DNA of 64,000 nucleotides from NCBI RefSeq assembly GCF_055900595.2, contig NZ_CM148325.1; one strand, 5' to 3'. Shown piece by piece: positions 61,184 to 64,000 of this stretch (position 1 is its first letter; each line of letters starts with the position of its first letter). The notes under the pieces were generated by a model. It saw only the letters and a program-made list of their open reading frames with translations, ran no database searches and was not told where the DNA came from. The position numbers and the translations under genes were made by a program.

Positions 61184-62602
61184 TCAGACACCGTAACGTT
61201 CGCACCAGCCAAGAATGGCTTTTTCGAAGCAGGCGAATGGTGGATGCACAATGCCCGCGCCAATCATGCCGACGCCCGCATCTTTATGGGCAATGGCGGT
61301 GTTGATCACCGGCAGAATGCCACTGCTACCCACGCGGGTGATGTCGATTGCCGTCGGCACACCCATAAAACCGAGCAGCGGAATGGTCACGTTGGGGTTT
61401 TCGCCGAGAGTGATTTCGCGCATCTGACGGGAGAAATCGATAGCCTCTTCCACCGTACCGCCCACCAGCGCGACGATTGCAGGCGCGGTCGCCATCGCAA
61501 ATCCACCAATGCCGTAGGTTTCGGTGATGGCGCTGTCGCCAATATCCAGCCCCGAATCTTCCGGCTTATAACCGGCAAACATCGGGCCGATGACCTGTTG
61601 CGCCGGGCCGGTAAACCACTGCCCCGGCAGGCCGCTGACTCGCAGGCCGAACTCGACACCGTTACGCGCCATGGTGGTCACCACGGTGCTGTATTCAATG
61701 CCGTGCGCCGCATCCATCGCTGCTTTACACATTGCCATCCACGTCGGGCCGGAGAAGTAATCGCTGCTGGCGACAAACTCAAACACTTCACGCTGTTGCT
61801 CGACAGAATAGCCCGCCTGAATAATCCCCGGCGTCAGCGCCTGAATCAGCAGCGTCGTCCCGGCGTTATTGCGGTTATGGCATTCATCTCCCATATGCAG
61901 CGCCTGCGCCAGCATTAAGCGCAGATCGATTTCGCCGATAATTTTCATCGCGTCGCGCAGCATGGGCCCCTGCACATCGCGCATCCAGTTGAGGCGGTCA
62001 ATCACGCTCTGATCGTTGGCACCCATACGCAAAATCTTCGCCATCTGCTCGCTCATATTGGTGTAAGCGATGTTGCCGTAGGTTTTGTTTTTCACGATGT
62101 GCATAAACATCGAGGCCGAGGTAACACCCGCCATCGAACCCACGCAGTCGTGCTCGTGGCACGGCGAGAAGGTGATCTCCCCGGAAGCCGCCAGTTCGGC
62201 CGCCTCGTCGAGATCTTTCGCCAGCCCTTCGAACACCAGCGCCCCGGTGACCGCGCCTTTCATAGCGCCGCACATTTTTTCCCAGGTCACTGGTGGCCCG
62301 GCGTGAAGAATGGTTTTCGCCGTCATGCCAGGCACCACGTTAATCGCCTGATCAAAACCAATCAGCACCGGATGCGACTGGATAATGCGTTCCAGCGCCT
62401 GCTGGTTAGCGGCGGCGATTTTGTCTGCCAGCGGCGAATCGGCAATGTTGTCCAGCGCCTGCACCACCTGCATATTGCCCTGCCCCGGCGGCGTCCAGTC
62501 GAGTTGGGTCACTTCTACATGCTGCTTTTTCAGATCATCGCTAAACATGGCGATGCCGACGTTAATAACGTTCAACGGTTGGCTAAACAGTGACGGACTC
62601 AT
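61184..62602 (-). CDS. yahG: DUF1116-family protein
   Basis: 472 aa; synteny with yahI and yahF. Confidence 0.8.
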   Translation of the reverse strand: MSPSLFSQPLNVINVGIAMFSDDLKKQHVEVTQLDWTPPGQGNMQVVQALDNIADSPLADKIAAANQQALERIIQSHPVLIGFDQAINVVPGMTAKTILHAGPPVTWEKMCGAMKGAVTGALVFEGLAKDLDEAAELAASGEITFSPCHEHDCVGSMAGVTSASMFMHIVKNKTYGNIAYTNMSEQMAKILRMGANDQSVIDRLNWMRDVQGPMLRDAMKIIGEIDLRLMLAQALHMGDECHNRNNAGTTLLIQALTPGIIQAGYSVEQQREVFEFVASSDYFSGPTWMAMCKAAMDAAHGIEYSTVVTTMARNGVEFGLRVSGLPGQWFTGPAQQVIGPMFAGYKPEDSGLDIGDSAITETYGIGGFAMATAPAIVALVGGTVEEAIDFSRQMREITLGENPNVTIPLLGFMGVPTAIDITRVGSSGILPVINTAIAHKDAGVGMIGAGIVHPPFACFEKAILGWCERYGV

Positions 62603-64000
62603 CAGGCTTCCTCCCCTTTGCAGATAAATTCACGCGCCAGCAATCCGGTGTTGGTGCTACTGCTCGCCAGAATCACTCCGGCATCAAGCAGCATCTGGCT
62701 TTGTTGTGCTAACGATGGCGTATCGAGATCGGTACCCAGCACATAGGCGAGAATGATCAACTCGCGGCCTTCGGCGGCAGCGATCGCTTTCGCTTCTTTG
62801 ATCGCCTTGATGGTGGAACCGACCGGATCTTCATGCGATCCAAATCCGAGCACAAAATCCATCACGATCACCGCCACTTCTGGATCACGTGCTTCTTCGA
62901 TCAAGCGACTGATGCGATTGGTCGGGTCAATCATTGGATGCGGCTTGCCGTTGGTGAAGTCGTCATCGCCAAAGTCGAGGAAGGTATGTTTGATGCTGCG
63001 GTTGATATCTTGCAGGCGGAATTCAGGATCGGGCTGGATGTTGCTGTAGACATCGCCGTGTTTTTCCATCACTGCGAACATGGTTTCGTCGCACAGTGTG
63101 CCGCCGCAGAACAGGCCACGAATGTATTTCTGCTGCGGTTGCAGGCGAGCGCGCACATCCGCAATCAACGGCTGGTTCAGGGTATGCAGGTCGAGATGTT
63201 CTTGTTTCACGCCGGAGAGCATCACCGCTTTCAGTGCCGCCTCTTTGCTGCCGCGAGCAAACTGTAGCCCCTGCTCATCCACTGGCGTTTCGCCACGACC
63301 GAGGAAGCAGACCACCACCGGCTTGCGGCAGGCGCGTGCGCGTTCCAGCACTTTGCGGGCCACCGCAGGCGCAGGCGGTTTGGAGATAAGTACAATGATT
63401 TCAGTTTGCGGATCGTTTTCCAGCATCCCGATAGCGTCGAGCATCATCAGGCCGCCGATTTTCTCGCTCAGGTCGCGCCCGCCGGTGCCAATCAGTTGCG
63501 AAACGCCGCCGCCAAATTCATGAATACGGACGCTCAGTTCCTGGCTACCGGTGCCGGATGCGCCAACAATACCGATGTTGCCGCGACGCACAGCGTTACC
63601 AAAGCAGAGCGCCGCGCCGTTGATAATCGCCGTGCCGCAGTCTGGCCCCATCATCAGCAGCCCTTTTTCGTGGGCCAGTTGCTTGAGCGCCAGTTCATCT
63701 TCAACTGAGACGTTATCGGAAAACAGCATCACGTTAAGATCGTTTTGCAGCGCCTGACGCGCTTCGCGAGCGGCAAACAGACCGTTGACCGAAATCACTG
63801 CCAGGTTACTTTCCGGGATATGCTTTTTGGCGCTGGCAATAGTGGCGTAACGCGCCTCGTGCGAGCCACTTTGCGCTTTGCTGTTGAACAGTTCTTCAAT
63901 CTCCACCAGCAACTGCTCGTTGTCTGCGCCCGCTTTGCCGTTGATGACAATCATCAGGTCGCCGTTTTTCGCCTGCTCCAGCTCCGGCGTCAGCAGCCCT
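62602..64000 (-). CDS. yahF: FdrA-like acyl-CoA synthetase / CoA-binding protein, C-terminal part; 5' end lies beyond window end
   Basis: Minus-strand frame stays open past 64000 (last 15 codons checked by hand); the track's first in-window Met is 63954; succinyl-CoA-synthetase-alpha-like glycine-rich motifs. Confidence 0.75.
   Translation of the reverse strand, partial: GLLTPELEQAKNGDLMIVINGKAGADNEQLLVEIEELFNSKAQSGSHEARYATIASAKKHIPESNLAVISVNGLFAAREARQALQNDLNVMLFSDNVSVEDELALKQLAHEKGLLMMGPDCGTAIINGAALCFGNAVRRGNIGIVGASGTGSQELSVRIHEFGGGVSQLIGTGGRDLSEKIGGLMMLDAIGMLENDPQTEIIVLISKPPAPAVARKVLERARACRKPVVVCFLGRGETPVDEQGLQFARGSKEAALKAVMLSGVKQEHLDLHTLNQPLIADVRARLQPQQKYIRGLFCGGTLCDETMFAVMEKHGDVYSNIQPDPEFRLQDINRSIKHTFLDFGDDDFTNGKPHPMIDPTNRISRLIEEARDPEVAVIVMDFVLGFGSHEDPVGSTIKAIKEAKAIAAAEGRELIILAYVLGTDLDTPSLAQQSQMLLDAGVILASSSTNTGLLAREFICKGEEA

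Noticed and set aside
60748-61263. Track ORFs of 171 and 140 aa (60748-61263 and 60783-61205, minus strand)
   Set aside because: Both lie entirely within the BIME repeat; their repetitive arginine/cysteine-rich translations are artefacts of the repeat.

Overview
This window reads as an Escherichia coli chromosomal segment, in reverse orientation relative to the K-12 MG1655 map as I recall it, and almost every gene is a recognisable family. I did not find a convincing undescribed system such as a defence island, toxin-antitoxin pair, CRISPR array, prophage or IS element. All calls are by eye from the sequence and the ORF track; no database search was run. Small-feature coordinates are hand-counted and may be off by 1-2 bp.

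Gene order, start to end: yaiT-like autotransporter (partial), hemB, tauDCBA (minus strand), a UhpA/UhpB/UhpC-like sensing module followed by afuABC, frmRAB, a BIME cluster, yaiL, mhpT and mhpEFDCBA (minus) with divergent mhpR, an MBL-fold hydrolase plus GlxA/AraC-type regulator, lacI-lacZYA, cynXST (minus) with divergent cynR, codBA, prpEDCB (minus) with divergent prpR, yahO, yahN, yahL, yahK, a four-gene CUT2-type sugar ABC transporter plus an ASCH-domain gene, yahJ, yahI, a second BIME cluster, yahG and yahF (partial).

The gene content is not K-12-like. Three modules appear accessory relative to K-12, judged from my memory of the K-12 map:
- the uhpABC-like/afuABC block at 7169-14961
- the MBL/GlxA pair between mhpR and lacI at 27253-29014
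- the ABC transporter plus ASCH gene between yahK and yahJ at 53015-58145

The best leads for under-characterised biology are:
- the UhpABC-like sensor coupled to an ABC importer instead of UhpT
- the lacI promoter lying inside the last codons of the upstream AraC-family gene
- a GTTTCA hexamer array upstream of a perfect sigma54 promoter for prpBCDE
- the low-GC yahL islet
- the yahFGIJ cluster with a Tat-signal amidohydrolase
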